This document shows positions 29,650 to 43,581 of a stretch of 64,000 nucleotides of DNA, one piece after another. The notes beneath the pieces were generated by a model. It was given only the letters and a program-made list of their open reading frames with translations, was not told the DNA's origin and did not search any database. The DNA comes from Trichoplax adhaerens (taxonomy: Eukaryota; Animalia; Placozoa): NCBI RefSeq assembly GCF_000150275.1, contig NW_002060946.1:4483454-4547453 (forward strand), written 5' to 3'. Position 1 is the first letter of the stretch, and the number at the start of each line of letters is the position of its first letter. Made by a program: the position numbers and the translations under genes.

Positions 29650-30795
29650 ATGGCAACTCCCTATAATGCTACTGTAGAATTACAGCGCCAGTTACGTTAT
29701 GTTATATTTTATGAAATTATTGGAGTTGTTATCATCTTAACCAATAGCCCATTAATCTATGTCATATTATCGCAACACCGATTAAGAAATTTACATAATT
29801 TAATGATATGTAGCATGAGTTTTTGCGCTATTTTCTTTGCTTTGCTTTACTGCTTGCCTTATATTTTCACTATATTCTATCGTGAAAGCTTATTCTGTTC
29901 TATTAGTGTACCTATACGCAATTTTTTAACCATCGCCATTAGCTTACATTTATGTATTATCGCTGTGGATAAAGCTTTAATCATTGGCTTTCCTTTGCAT
30001 TACCCTTCTTTATCCAATAAGAAATTAATGGTTGTCTTAATCATGATTATCTGGTTGATTGCAGTAGCTGCCGGTTTTTATCCCCTCTTTACTTTTCGTA
30101 CACGATATAAGATTGAAAACAATCTTTCTTGTGTTACCACAGTATCATTAGATCATGAAATACCTTACCATTGGTTTTTTTATTCAACATTAATTTGTTT
30201 GCCTGTGATATGTATGATCATTTCCTATAGTTATATTTATTGTATTGCTATGCAGCAATGGAAGAAAATACTCGATCATCAACTCCTTATCAATGATGAT
30301 ACACCAGCTCAACGAAGACGCCGTAAAATTGGCCTCCATTTTAAGACGGCAATACCTTTAATCGCGATTACTGGCGCCTTTATATTAATGCATCTTCCTT
30401 TCTACATTTGTAGTGCAATTAGTTATGCCATGGTACCATTAGTGACTATGAGGCCAATAAATATCGATGACCGTCTAAGTTATTTAAAAATTTTAGGTAA
30501 TCTTGTTAGAGCCATGGCTGTGTTAAAAGAGGTAGCTTATGCCTATCCTGCAGTCAATCCTTTTCTCTATGCCTATTTCGATATCGCTATACGTTCTGTG
30601 GTTGTCAAAGTATTTACCATTCGCCGAGATCGATCCTTTGCGGATACAAGAAGAACAACTGCTGCTGCTCCTTTGAATCCACCACAGGAAATCGCGATGA
30701 AACGGCGCTCCACATTGCCTAATGGAGATCAAATTCAGCGAAATACCATCGATGAAGCCATAGTAGAATCATGTGGACAAAATGGCTCGTCCTAG
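29650..30795 (+). CDS. Intronless rhodopsin-family (class A) GPCR, orphan, 381 aa
   Basis: Seven hydrophobic segments. TM1 N (LTNSPL); TM3 HLCIIAVDKA (DRY variant) followed by FPLHY; TM4 W; ECL2 Cys; TM5 LP..MIISYSYIY; TM6 HLPF; TM7 VNPFLYAY. Confidence 0.93.
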   Translation: MATPYNATVELQRQLRYVIFYEIIGVVIILTNSPLIYVILSQHRLRNLHNLMICSMSFCAIFFALLYCLPYIFTIFYRESLFCSISVPIRNFLTIAISLHLCIIAVDKALIIGFPLHYPSLSNKKLMVVLIMIIWLIAVAAGFYPLFTFRTRYKIENNLSCVTTVSLDHEIPYHWFFYSTLICLPVICMIISYSYIYCIAMQQWKKILDHQLLINDDTPAQRRRRKIGLHFKTAIPLIAITGAFILMHLPFYICSAISYAMVPLVTMRPINIDDRLSYLKILGNLVRAMAVLKEVAYAYPAVNPFLYAYFDIAIRSVVVKVFTIRRDRSFADTRRTTAAAPLNPPQEIAMKRRSTLPNGDQIQRNTIDEAIVESCGQNGSS

Positions 30796-32009
30796 AAGCT
30801 TGTTGGATCGATTTTACTTGTCGAATATATGTATATATATCACCGATAAGTTCAATGAACTATTTCTAGCTAGAGCTATGTATCTCCTTTATTCCTCTCG
30901 CTTCGACGTGAAACACAATCTCTTCTCGGCAATTTATTAATCAACATCTAGAAATCATTTAAGTAAAGATTCTTTAATGCAGGCAACATTCATTCAATGT
31001 GATTCATGATAATCACTCTCAGTGATCACATGTTTATTGCTAGCTATTTACCCTTCTCCTGAATTCTCTTCATCGATATCAAGATTCCAAGTGAAATCAC
31101 TTAGAAATACCATCTTTCATACTTGCATAAAACTCAAAGCCGTTCTTTCGAGCAATTCGAAACCAAAAGCTATCCGTAAATTCGCGAAAGAATGAAATGA
31201 TTCAAAATAATGAACCATAATAATTTTACTGATCCTCTCCTGCCTAGGTCTAACTAAAACTTTAGAATATAGGAATAATATTTAATCGATCACTCTCTCT
31301 CTCTCTTTTGCCCTATTTATACAGATATATCACTATCACTTTAACCAATAATAGCAATGATAGGGTTATCTAAATTCTTAATGCAAATATTTTAATACGT
31401 ACTGGATCTCCTTTGCATATATACGAAACTTAAAAGTTATCATTCTTACTACAGATTAGTAATAATTATCGTACCATATTCCCTCTCACTATCTCCATAT
31501 GACGATATGGAGATCTATATAATCTACATTATAATAATCTTCATTTCTTCCACCTTTAAAAGATTTGAAAATAATCAACGTGTTTAAAAAACTGATGGTG
31601 GTGGCAAGGAATACATCACTGCTGGAAAAATTTACAGCTAAACACTTATGGAATTTGATTTATTTACTTTTATCGCTGCTATTAATTTATTTTTTTGCAC
31701 ATCCTTAATTTTGGAAGGAAGTCAATTACGTAATACTTCAATCAAATCAAAATCAACGATACTTCTGTTGAATATTAATTCTTTAATATCAAATTAAACG
31801 ATCTTACGATGCAAAAGCATCCATCTTCCATGTTAAAAAGATGGTATACTTAAAAGAAAGGTTAATTTAAGATATTTATTTACAATATCGTCATGGATAA
31901 ATTTCGCCATCAATTTTTTCAGCCTATTCAAGATATTTTCTTTACCATGTAAGTTTAAACTTATTTAAATTAGATAATGCTGATACTCTTTATGATCATT
32001 TATTAATTA

Positions 32010-33010
32010 GTTTATTAAAATAGATACTTTGCATCAGTAGTAAATAAGGCTGCAATTTACTACGATATCTTTATGAAAGAATAGGTAGTATTGTCTTGAA
32101 GATAGAGTAGTATTGATTAAATGATAGTACAATCTGTTTATATACGATAAGTTACTTCATATATCTGCATAAATAGTAAATGGGTTTTATAATTTATTAG
32201 GATATCTTTAAGATAGAATGCATAGTATTGCCTTGAAGATAGAGTAGGAATGACTAAATGATAGTTAATCTTTCTCTGTATACGATAAATTACTTTCTAT
32301 ATCTGCATCATTGTAAATTGGGTTATTATTACGATATCATTAGGATAGGATACGTAGTGTTGTCTTGAAGATAGAGTAGGATTGATTAAATGATAATTCA
32401 AAAGTCTCTTTATACGGATATGTTGTACGATAAACTACTTTACACGCATATACGTTAAGTGATGCTAGCGACACCACAGCAGTTCAAAATTAGTCTTTAA
32501 ATCATGCAAGTATTGAACACTGACATTTATCATCTTTGTCTATTAATTTACTAATTGAGAATTTTTATGGGCACCATACATCGGTAATAAATAAAGTTAT
32601 AGTTTACCACGATAATTTATATTGATGAAAGAGAAGACAAATAGTATTGTATTAAAATACAAGAGAGTAAAAAATTAATGGAATCACAGGCCAGTCTCTT
32701 CATATATGGTCAAAATACTTATATAAACGATGTTAGCTAATATTCTGTACTATCGTTCAAGATTAACCTTTTAAACTTTAAAATCGATAATATTTAAAAT
32801 CTATACGAGAAAATACTGACGTTAATTATAATTGTCTGTTAAGTTGTTTATTAGGAACAAACCGTCTCCATTGGTAATAAATAATGCTATGATTTATTAC
32901 GATACATTGATGATAGAAAAGATAGATGGTATTGTCTTGAAAATAGAATAAACAACTTTATAAACACTTGGCAACGCTAGCTGATAAGTTCAAAATTAGT
33001 CTTTAATCTT
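32010..33010. repeat. Degenerate tandem repeat, ~135-bp unit (3 good copies plus decayed copies)
   Basis: tagt(a/g)ttg(t/c)cttgaagatagagtag...taaatgata...tatacg at ~32084, 32223 and 32353; weaker copies up to ~33000. Confidence 0.8.
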
Positions 33011-35577
33011 AATAGGAATTCATCGTAATGCCAATGAAGTGTGGCAGTCTTAGATAATGGCTTCTTATTGTGATTCTTTCAGGAATCTCTTACATAAAGC
33101 TTTATTAGCGCATATAATTGATAATTAATAGTCTTAGTCTCGAAATATCTGTATACATATATGCCTGCTACCGCAAAGAATATAGGAATAAGAGCTAATT
33201 TTCTCGCGCAATTAATTACTACGTATACTATGCATCAAAGACAACACGTTAGCATACCACACTAAAATAAACACCTCGATAGTACGTATAGCTTTAAAAT
33301 TAATTTTTCCAAGGGCACTAGTTGTGTGAGATCGATTAAAAGGATATCTTCTCTAATAAAATGAAATGCTATATATATAAAGCATGAAGAAATTGGTTAA
33401 AAAGTAAACTTCGTGTTAATTTACTGAAATAATACTACATAAATAATCTTTTAGGATATTGCTATAATCAGCAAGTTGGGTCGGTGAAAAAACAGTAAAA
33501 TATTTGAATTGTCTACTAGTTCAAGCTTGAAGCTGCCTGTAAAATCTATTTGATTTTATCGCTTACTAAATTAGAAAGGACTACCCTTACCGAAAATGAA
33601 ATTGATGTAAGTAGCCAGAATGATTCCGCGTCTTATAAATGGTTAAAAGCAATAATTATGGGTAATTTCTTTCAACTATCTCATATCCTTATTACTATAA
33701 AAAGGTTAAAGAAATGAAATACATTTCAAGCCTATTGTATCCTTGTGAGACAAGAAAGACAATCTTATTTGGTTACTATTTAGATACAACTATATACTTT
33801 CTTTAATATTATTGTCGCACTATATTATTGTTATCTTCAATCATTTACTCTTTATATTCTAATCTCTATGTCAGAATAAAATTGTTTTCGGTAATGCTAA
33901 GAGAATTGGATGAGCCATTTCTCTACTAATTGTAATTTTACTCTGTTAAACATTTAAATAAGCTTGGGAGTTAATGAATCATTCTCTGTTATTAAATAAT
34001 TATCGGACAAAGCTTTAACATATTTGAACTGGCCACGTCTTATCCATTCTTAATTTAGATTAGACTCAGTTATTACCAATCCATTTTTGTCTAGATTATT
34101 GACAACTTATAAGTATTGGGGAATTGAACCTTTTTGCTACAATTATTTATTATTTACGATTATGATTGCGTAGTTGTCTAACTTCTATTATTAACATTAT
34201 TATTTCCGGTAGAATAGACTTATATTGTAAAAATGTATCACTATTCAATTTGGCATTGCGTGCTTTTAATAATTTACTTGATCATAATTTTGAATATGCT
34301 TCTAGGATATTCACGTATGAAGAAACAAACAATTTAACATAAATATAGGATAAGCCTCTGCACCCTGCCTTACATACAGTATATATTTGATTTATGGCTG
34401 TGGATATACCCAAAATAATCTAGGAATGGCAAAGACTAAAAATAAATTACCTACAACTTCTTTCCTTGAAATGCTAACTGTAACTATAATAAATTGATTG
34501 ATTTATGTTCAAGGAGCCAATTAATGCTACATTATTTATTGCTTGTAATTTATGAATTGATCAAAAATTAATAAAGCGTAACCCAATTCATGTTGTCACT
34601 TAATCACTCATTCATGATAGAATAGTTTGTAAGTTTATAAATTGATCAGCCAAAAATTGTTAAAGAATGGAAAGAAAGAGGCAAAATAGCTTTAGGGCCT
34701 TTCAGTTCAATCTAATCGATATCGAAGTTACTTAGTAAATGCTACTGCAAAACAGTCTCGAAGTATATCCTGAAGTATGATGAATATCCGCATTTCTACT
34801 TTCCCTTTGAGTAAAATGCTCGTTAACGAATTTTTGTTTTAGTTATTACTTTTACTCATTTTTTGATAAAGTATCGAATAGCTAGTGCTGAATTTCAAGT
34901 CGTTGTGTTCGGCATTGATTCAAGTATGACTTAAATTAAAAGAAAATTGTGTCACAAATTAGGTAGCATAATCTAGCTGTGGATATCTACGCAAGATCTA
35001 CTGGTTATATTACCTCATCTTCATTATAAATTAGGATACTAATATGATTCATTACGGTGCTATTCCATTTATTATACAAATCGTAATACAAATTACAAAT
35101 TAATTCAAATAAGTACATTAGCTACTTTATTCTATTGAGAAATATCGGTAGTAAATTAAGATTTCATGACTATACTAATGAACAATTATTCCGATTAGAT
35201 GATATTAAGTTCTTAATAATGAATTTGATTATCTATTAAGCGTTGGACGTATTTAATTGATTCTATGTCATACATCGCCAGATTACTTATAGTAAATAGT
35301 ATCTCCCTTGATTACTATACGCTGATTAGACATGTATGTGTTTAGAAAAGGTATGCATACATATATATATGTTAATATATATATAACTAATGCTGTTTGA
35401 TTAAAGACATTAAATTTAGTATGAACCATCATTAGTTGTTTTGTGATGATAAAAGTAACCCCATATTTGATAGCAAAAATATCAATAGTTGATTTAGACG
35501 AGAAGTAATGGGAAATTAGAAGCAAACTAGACTATATATTTATGGCTTATCAATTTAAAGAAGCCTAAATTAATTTC

Positions 35578-35680
35578 AGAGACTTCTACAGAAAAAATTT
35601 ACCCCACTTTACCTGGTAAAATGACTGTTCTTTTCTATTGGGCGGGGAGGTTACGTTCAATTTTTTCTGTAATAGTCTCT
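35578..35680. mobile_element. Candidate ~100-bp MITE / foldback element
   Basis: Left end agagacttctacagaaaaaatt versus reverse complement of right end agagactattacagaaaaaatt (20/22 match). No clear target-site duplication. Confidence 0.45.
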
Positions 35681-38600
35681 ACTAGTACTTGTATAATCGA
35701 GAATAACTGTTTATATGCAGGCTATACTCTATTTAATGGAAAACTCATTGAGAAGTAAAGCTAGTTCTAATATCAGACTCTCTGGATACTTTTACGGTTT
35801 AAAACAGCAGTCCAAACAGACACAAATAATTTGATTATTGCGAAAGGTGCTTAATCCCATCACATTTCATGAAAGCAAGCTAAACTTCTACTACAGTAAT
35901 AATGGGCTCTTATTATATTATTTGCGATAGTAATAGTCATCCTATGTAGCTTTGATTCTTACTTAGTGCAGATGGTGCCTTGCCGTAGTTTAATCTATCC
36001 ATGGTAAATTAGGCTTGGTAACTACGCCAATAGAGACTACCTTTATAGCAATAGGGCAGTTCTTACGAAAGAATTTGCGTCAATAGGACAGATGTGGCCT
36101 CATTTAATCTAATAGTCCGGCATTAAAATAGTAATAGTTTGCTTATAGAAGGCTATTACATTTATATAGTAGCCAGTCTTTGCAAATTCGTTGATTATAA
36201 AATTAATACAAATATTGCTTTGAATAATTGCATGTTTAATAATTATTAAAATTTTAAAGCAATGCTCATGGAGTGCTGCTGCATTACATTAATTGCAGTC
36301 GTTATAAATTAATTTAATTAAGACTAAATTCTAATATAATCTATTTGTGATCCATTGTAAATTTAATCCTAAACTAATGGGACATTATCGAATCTATAGG
36401 TGAAAGTAGTCGTTTTTTAGTCGCTTGTACGCTCAGAGTAATAATGATCATCAATTTCCTAGTCCGTCAAAATCTTTTATGCGAGTAGTACGTTATTGAA
36501 AGCCTGTAAAATAATTTTGATTTAAGAGTCAGGAAAGGTATAATTTAACATAAACAAGTGCAACTTGTCTATCAGAGAATTATACTCTAATCCTCTCTAC
36601 GGAAGATGTACAGATATGATTGCTTATTTATAGTTGCGAAGCCATTAATATTCAAAGGGTAAAATTAACTGGAAATAAAGAAGATTTAAATTACTCTCTG
36701 ACCTGTTTCTAACATGATATTTATAGATTGACGGCATTTCTTCTTTCATCAGATTGCCAATCTTGGCATAATGAACTCAAGTTTTGATCGACAGATTATG
36801 ATTTTAGGAGCAAAGTCTACGAAATCATTATGATCCTCATTTGAGAATTAATGAACCTTCAAGCTCAAACTAGATTGATTGCCACAGTATGTAAATTTTC
36901 TAGATTTGAAAACGTTGATATAATTACAAGTACGTCTCTCCCTTAGTTACTGCATAAAAATCTAGTACGATCCTATTAGAGTTCCGTTTAGGTATGAGAC
37001 GTTATTTTGAGGACTATTCGATTTGATTCTAAATAAAATTTCCCTCCAATGATGATAGTAATATTTTTCTTTTTATTACCTTTTAGCTACCAGAGTGTTT
37101 ACTTTCATTTGATTAAACTGCTGTAAATAAACAACATACATGTACTATTTATTAAATATCTAATGCTGACTTATATTTTGCAGCTCATGATAATGTGTTT
37201 GCTGTTATAGTATTCCGTAATCTTACTAGCGATAGTAAGATTCCATTAAAATTTTGCATAGCTATCGATAAGAATTGCTTTAAGTATTGATATTTTAGTA
37301 CAGTATTCAATTCTTATTTTACCACATAATTATAACTACTTAACATCATATAATATAGGCAATTGCAATTGTTTATTAAGGAAGCTTTTTCTGCAGACAT
37401 TTATACTGTTTAACGTATTCCATTCAATTCTTATTTCGGTAAGTATACATGGCAGTCTACCGATTCTAGCAATATTTATTTGCTTGCAAGAATTTGCGTA
37501 TCAACTGAAGGTTGGAGATTAGCATTTTATGAGAGCCATGCTACTTGATCAAGAGGCATTTCGATAGTTATTAAAATTTGTGGTACAGCTGTTGCTTGCA
37601 TATAAAATTAAGTGATCGGGTCGGAATCCGGTAACTAAATTGAATTAAAATGGATGAGTTATGACATATATTACCTAAACGAGCTTGTTGGAAGTAATGC
37701 AACTTAAGTTCGCTGTTCGATTAAATAATTATCAATCTATTTTTATTATCGAAAAGCTACACATCTAACCGCCTCAATAAAAGAATTAGGGAAGATAGTA
37801 GTCCTATTAGCAGCTTTATACAATGTCATGTTAACATAGCAGATGCTTCTGGGAAATGGTACACCATAGCTACTGAGATATTTTACAGTGTTCAAATTAA
37901 AGATATATTATAGCTAACTTCGTGGACACTGCTGAATTGTAGTTGACTGGCTGAGCTACTGATCCTTGGTAGCAAATAGTTACCATTTCTCGCTGATTGC
38001 ATAATGAAAGGGGAAAGAAGTTGAAATCATTCCACTTTTGACTATAGATTAAATTAAAGACATAGTCATTTCTTCGGTGCTACCAGCTAAAATTTTCAGC
38101 TGGTACATGAGAAGGGATTTTAGTATTGTTGCAGCTAATCGAACATCAAGTCGATGATTTATAATGATTTTATAGGCTCAGTTAAGGCTTTATATGAATG
38201 GAAAATTATTAGTTTCAAACTTGGCAATAGAGCTGAATAGTAGAAAAAACTAAATAATTCTAGTTTTGAGGCAGTCTGAAGGAAGACCCCGCTTTGATTT
38301 GAAATGACAACTATTGATCTTGACTTTGAAAGTAAAACTAATTATAGTTATAAACGTTTTAGTTTTGTTTTGATTGATAGAAATAAATAAGTTTGATTTT
38401 TGATACAAATTATTGGTCTGGTATATTGCATAAAATTACCGGCGCATAACTTTATAGGTTCGAAAGTGAAAACAATTGCAATCGCATCGTTAAAGAAAAT
38501 CAGCTTAATGTATACTGTAAATATAATTTGCGATAAAGAGCTGAAATAAACCTTTCCTTTGGTTAAGCAACCTGACATTCACTTATCTTTTGAAATTGAA

Positions 38601-39366
38601 ATAAGAAAAATAAACAAGTCTATGTTCCATTTCGATAGTAAGTAAGCATCTGTTGAGCTTTCAATAGAAATCTTTGGTTTATAATATGGTAGACTTTCAT
38701 TTTACGTTAATTCTATGTGTATTTCTAACATCTGTTATCCACATTTATCTTTTACATTAAATTTTTCAAAACAAAGGTAATAGTAACATTGTTTATAGTT
38801 ACAAATATTTAAAATATTCATTCAATGGGTAAAATAAAGTTATAAAGGAAGGATTTTCTATTGATATCAAAATAAATCTACAGTATACTACACAATAACT
38901 GAATTTTACTTTTGAATGCTAGATTAAATAATTATAATGGTACCGAGTTAAAAATGTTTATTATATACATTTTCTGTGTAACTGACGGTGCAAAACCGCA
39001 TTAGTAATAGCTCGTAAACTATAGATACATTAATTATTTAGAAAATTACTGAGCCAACAATACTTTCAGTTTCATTAACGGGGGGCTTCCAAATAGCGAT
39101 GGAAATGCCATCTTTTGTTTTCTTAGGTTAAGTCAGGCACTGTACGGGTAAACAACACGACGCTTGGCAATTATAAATTTGTAGAAAATTTTTATTGAAT
39201 TCCTTCACATCAGTTTGATGTTTGAACAGGTTTAGATAATGCGGTAATTTCGAACCAAGCTTTATTCATTTGATAGAAAAGGAGTTAGTCATTCGAATAA
39301 CAGACTCCTTGATATCAAGAGCAACTAGATCAACTTTAGATATTTAGATTAGTGATCAATATTTCA

Positions 39367-42300
39367 TTAGTTCACTTTAGTTGCTTCTTCTTGGGATTTC
39401 GTAAATTCAGACGCCAATTTTTTCTGCTGATACCAAGATGTATCGTACCTCATAACTTCTCGTAAAGCCATTGTAGCGTATGACGATGGTGGTAAGGAAA
39501 AACTTAATAGTAAAGCCAAATTCTTACCATCTGGATGTAAATACGTTAATGTAGGGTGTTAGCGACAAGGACTGAAATCAGCGTAATATTAACTGCTATT
39601 GCTACATTAATTAATTTATTAATTAAATATGTTTAAAAATATTGGTAATTAATTATCTACACGCGATATACCTGCAACGGAATTATTGATAATTTTATTC
39701 TGTCGGATTTGGTCTAAATCAGTTGAATATAGGGGTATGGTAAAGTCGTCGTATCTTGCTGTAGACCTGTTGGGTATACCCAGCACCCGGTAAAGATTAC
39801 TTAGCAACAATGGAATCATAATTGATAGTAAATCGTGTATTACTTAATAAAAATGCATGATAAACTAACCAAGACAAATTTTTTGGCCTAACAACTAGTT
39901 TCCGATACATGCCACAAAGGGAAAATTCTCTATTGGAGCAATATTTATAAGCATGTTATAACTGATTTTTTGTCTATCTACCTGTTGTTCATTTACCACA
40001 AATATACACTTATTCAAAATCCGTATTGATATTACAGTCTACTGATTTAAAATCCTACTTGTGTCGATTTTCCAAGTTTTTTATGCTAATCCCATCTGCT
40101 TTCATTTGTTGATGATACCAATCATTAGCTTAAAGAAAGAGGTAAAAAACATTTTAAAATTCATGCAATAAATAATTGTTTCATTTTAGCATTTACCTTC
40201 GTGCTGCGGGTACATTACGTTATATCCAGGAAGTGGTAATACAATATCATGGATACTATAATGCGGTAAATCTTCATTTTTCAACACATGTAATTCAGTC
40301 TAATAGAGGAGTACAAGGAATTACTAGCAGTAAGTAATAATAAATATAGCTTAAGCGACCATCTCAAGGTTAGCCAACTAGTAGTTAGAAATCTTGCCAT
40401 ATAGACAGACATAAATTACTTACATTGGTGCTAAAGACGGCAATATCATGGCCTGAAACTAATTTCATATATGATAGTTATATATTTCACCTTTTACGAA
40501 GAAAAATCTAACCTCACTCTACTTGCGTTTCTATTGATATATGATATAATATACCTTGCTGGCGTGCACTATTGCTAATAACAAGATCGCCAACAACGGG
40601 CTTTAGGCCAAATTCTTTAATTCTTCTAGATGCAACAAGATTCCATATTAAACTCTGATATGAATAGACATAAAGTAATCTTGCATTTCGAGGAATCTAT
40701 TTGAAATAAAATTGTAAAGAAACCTCTAAGAAAAACTTCGATTATTGTTGTTGTTATGAGTTTTTTTATAGCTTGTTTCTTCAATTATTTAGTATCAATA
40801 CTCATATACCTTCATTATAGCAGTAACGGGGCTAGTTGAACCATGTTCTACTAATCCTTTGAGAAGGTAATACTCGATACCACGCCTGCTACGTAAAAGT
40901 CTTAAAGCTGCGGATGGATCACGATGCTGCCACCAGTGTTCTCGAGCTTCCATCGTCCTAAACGAATCGGTTCTTGTTGGTTTTAGAATGAGCTCAATCG
41001 ATTTACGCCAGTTACCAAGTAATAGTGCCCTAGATAAAATATAGAGGTACGATTTATTTAATTACCCAAGCATACCACTATAATAAACATTTATTTTTAT
41101 GGAATATTTTCTACATCTTTGAAATCATGTACGAACTTTCCAATCTGATAGGTAGGGATATGTGATGTTCCAAATCGTTGTAATCCATAATAATTAATAA
41201 ATCCCGTTTCTTTAAGTGATGCCATTGATTTTTCAATCTGTTCTTCTGAACCCTTGACATTTCTTGATTTAAGATTCGAGACTTTTAGTTAGTTAGGTGT
41301 TGCCAATAATTATTTAAGAAAATATATTCACCTTAACGTGAGAGTAAAGTGATTTCCAGCTAAATCTCCTAGAGTTAAACGATCTTTGCTATATCTACGA
41401 TGGTAGAAATAATAATGGATTTAAAGATTTTTATAGCAAAAAAGTTGCTATAATTTTGGTTACAATTCACCTATTAACTTGTAGCTATTTCATTAATTTT
41501 TATCTTGTATTTACGAGTCTATCACTTACGTGAAATTCCCTAATCGTACTTTATGTGTTACGCTATTGACATGATGAAGTTTGCTCGGAAGCACTCTAAA
41601 ATTGCATATACAATGGCGTAGTTAGTATCGATTCAGTAGATATTCGGTTGTATTTTAGTTTACTTGAAAGCAGTTATCTCTTGTGTAGTAATCGCTCGAC
41701 GGTCTTTTGTACCAGCATATCCAAAAATACTGGGTTTAAGGCTATACATGAACATTATAATTAAAAATTGTCTTAGGGTTATAAAAATTAGTACGAAGAA
41801 TGCAAGAGCATCTCAAAGGAGAATTTTTCAAGATTACCCGGTAAATTTGCAAATAAGATTGATAGCGTTCATGGTATCAATATTTTCTTTATATAAGCGA
41901 AATTTGCAATATTTATCATGTTCATTTGGCCAGCGAATACGCTTATTACGATTTCCTATATATAGGTTAACGTATTTAGTAGATTTACTTTGCAAATATC
42001 AATTCCCGTTTCTAAATGAAGAAATACAGCAAAAACTGATTTCTTGAGACCTTTTTGATTTTTTGTGACTTTAATATATTTCTTATTATCATCTTCCATC
42101 ATTGTAGTACTCTCTAAATCGGGATGACGTTGTCGAATTAAGTTATGCATCTTTGTTCTCCATTCTTTATTGCTTTCATTTTCCTGTCATCAGAATTGCA
42201 CACGCGTCGTTTAAAATACGAAAAAGAGCTATTAATCTACAATTTCAATTGTCTACAGCATGTATGTACTTCTCAAATACTGTGGTTACATCTATGAGAT

Positions 42301-43581
42301 TAAATTAACTATAGTCATATCAAAACCTACTTTTAGGTCTATTATAACAGACTTCTTGCTGCTGTGACTTGATGATAATTCTTGTAATCGATTTTCTAAA
42401 TCCGTTGATATCATATTATCCGTGTCTTCGATGATCTTTACGGTGGAAAAATAAATTAATTAACAATGTAATGCAGTAAAATAGATACACCTAGAGATCT
42501 CGTTTACTGATTCGTGACCATGGTAGCATAAGCAACAAGAGTCTTACTATATTCTATTTTCAATGTCGCGAAAGACTTATGAACTGAACTACATGTATAT
42601 TTCCACTGGAATATATTGATTCTTGTATCAACTAATACCTCTTCAGTACTTGTAGGTAAATCCAAGTTTTCCAGTTTAACAATCTGTCCATCCAAGTTAA
42701 TCTCATGCACAATGAAATCGGCAAATCTGTCAATATCGATGTAGATAATAATTCATTAATACGGCTATGTTTCTGTTTGTATATCTGAACCTGGGTAATT
42801 AATAAGCTGTGAAGTTATCATCCATTTCATTTGCACCTTCGTACGATTGAATGTTAAGATGCCTACTGTATTTGATGCTAGAGTTGGATGTTGCAAGGTG
42901 CTAAGCAATGCTAAGCAATGGTTAGGGTATGTTTGCTATTTATTAGCATGCAATATTTTGCTGGATATTATCTATTCCAATCAATTACGCGGCTATGTAT
43001 GTACGTACATCTATCATCTAGTATACTAACAACCAGAATACTTTACGTGATGCAGATCAATCCGCTATTCTGCATTCACTCTTTTACTCCTACGGTATGA
43101 TGTAGCACGGGAAGTATTCGATGTCATTTGAAGGGGTAAATTGATAGCTTCATCAATATCCCTTATTATGACTGCAAGAGCTCTGATATACATTGGAATA
43201 GATGACGATAAACCAGGAACGAATGCATAATGGCATTAGATAGTAATTGCTGATATTTTTTTTTTCATAACATTAATCAAGCATCAAGTACCTTTGCTTG
43301 ATCGAGCCTTGAATGGGATCAAGTTGACTGATATATTCAGTTATACCAACATCATTTTCTAATGGAGATAAATCTGCTTGGTAGAAATCGATGTTATCGT
43401 CATTTTCATCGGCATTAATATTATCATCATTAAAGTCGACATCTTCACTTATAAGGGATGGTTCATTATCCGCTAGGTGTTGGGCCTCTTCTGCCTCGGC
43501 AATCTTAGCACGCTTAGCTACCGGAGGCATTAATGTTGCTTCATGATCTTCGTCACCTTGTCCTCGGCTATCCGTATCCAT
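39367..43581 (-). CDS. PUS7: Pseudouridine synthase 7 (TruD family), ~17 exons
   Basis: [49 protein letters not shown] (catalytic Asp), [60 protein letters not shown]. Confidence 0.95.

Noticed and set aside
29650-30795. Opsin assignment for the GPCR
   Set aside because: Position 7.43, counted back from NPxxY, is Tyr rather than the retinal-binding Lys.
35283-38578. Short ORFs 35283-35525 and 38348-38578 and similar 60-90-aa ORFs
   Set aside because: Composition (I/F/K/N/Y-rich) is what AT-rich non-coding DNA yields, with no domain signal or consistent exon structure.
41664-42047. 127-aa plus-strand ORF (likewise 47277-47648, 30523-30732, 8812-9033)
   Set aside because: Antisense shadows of PUS7, HMCES, GPCR and ADAT1 exons with no recognisable motifs.
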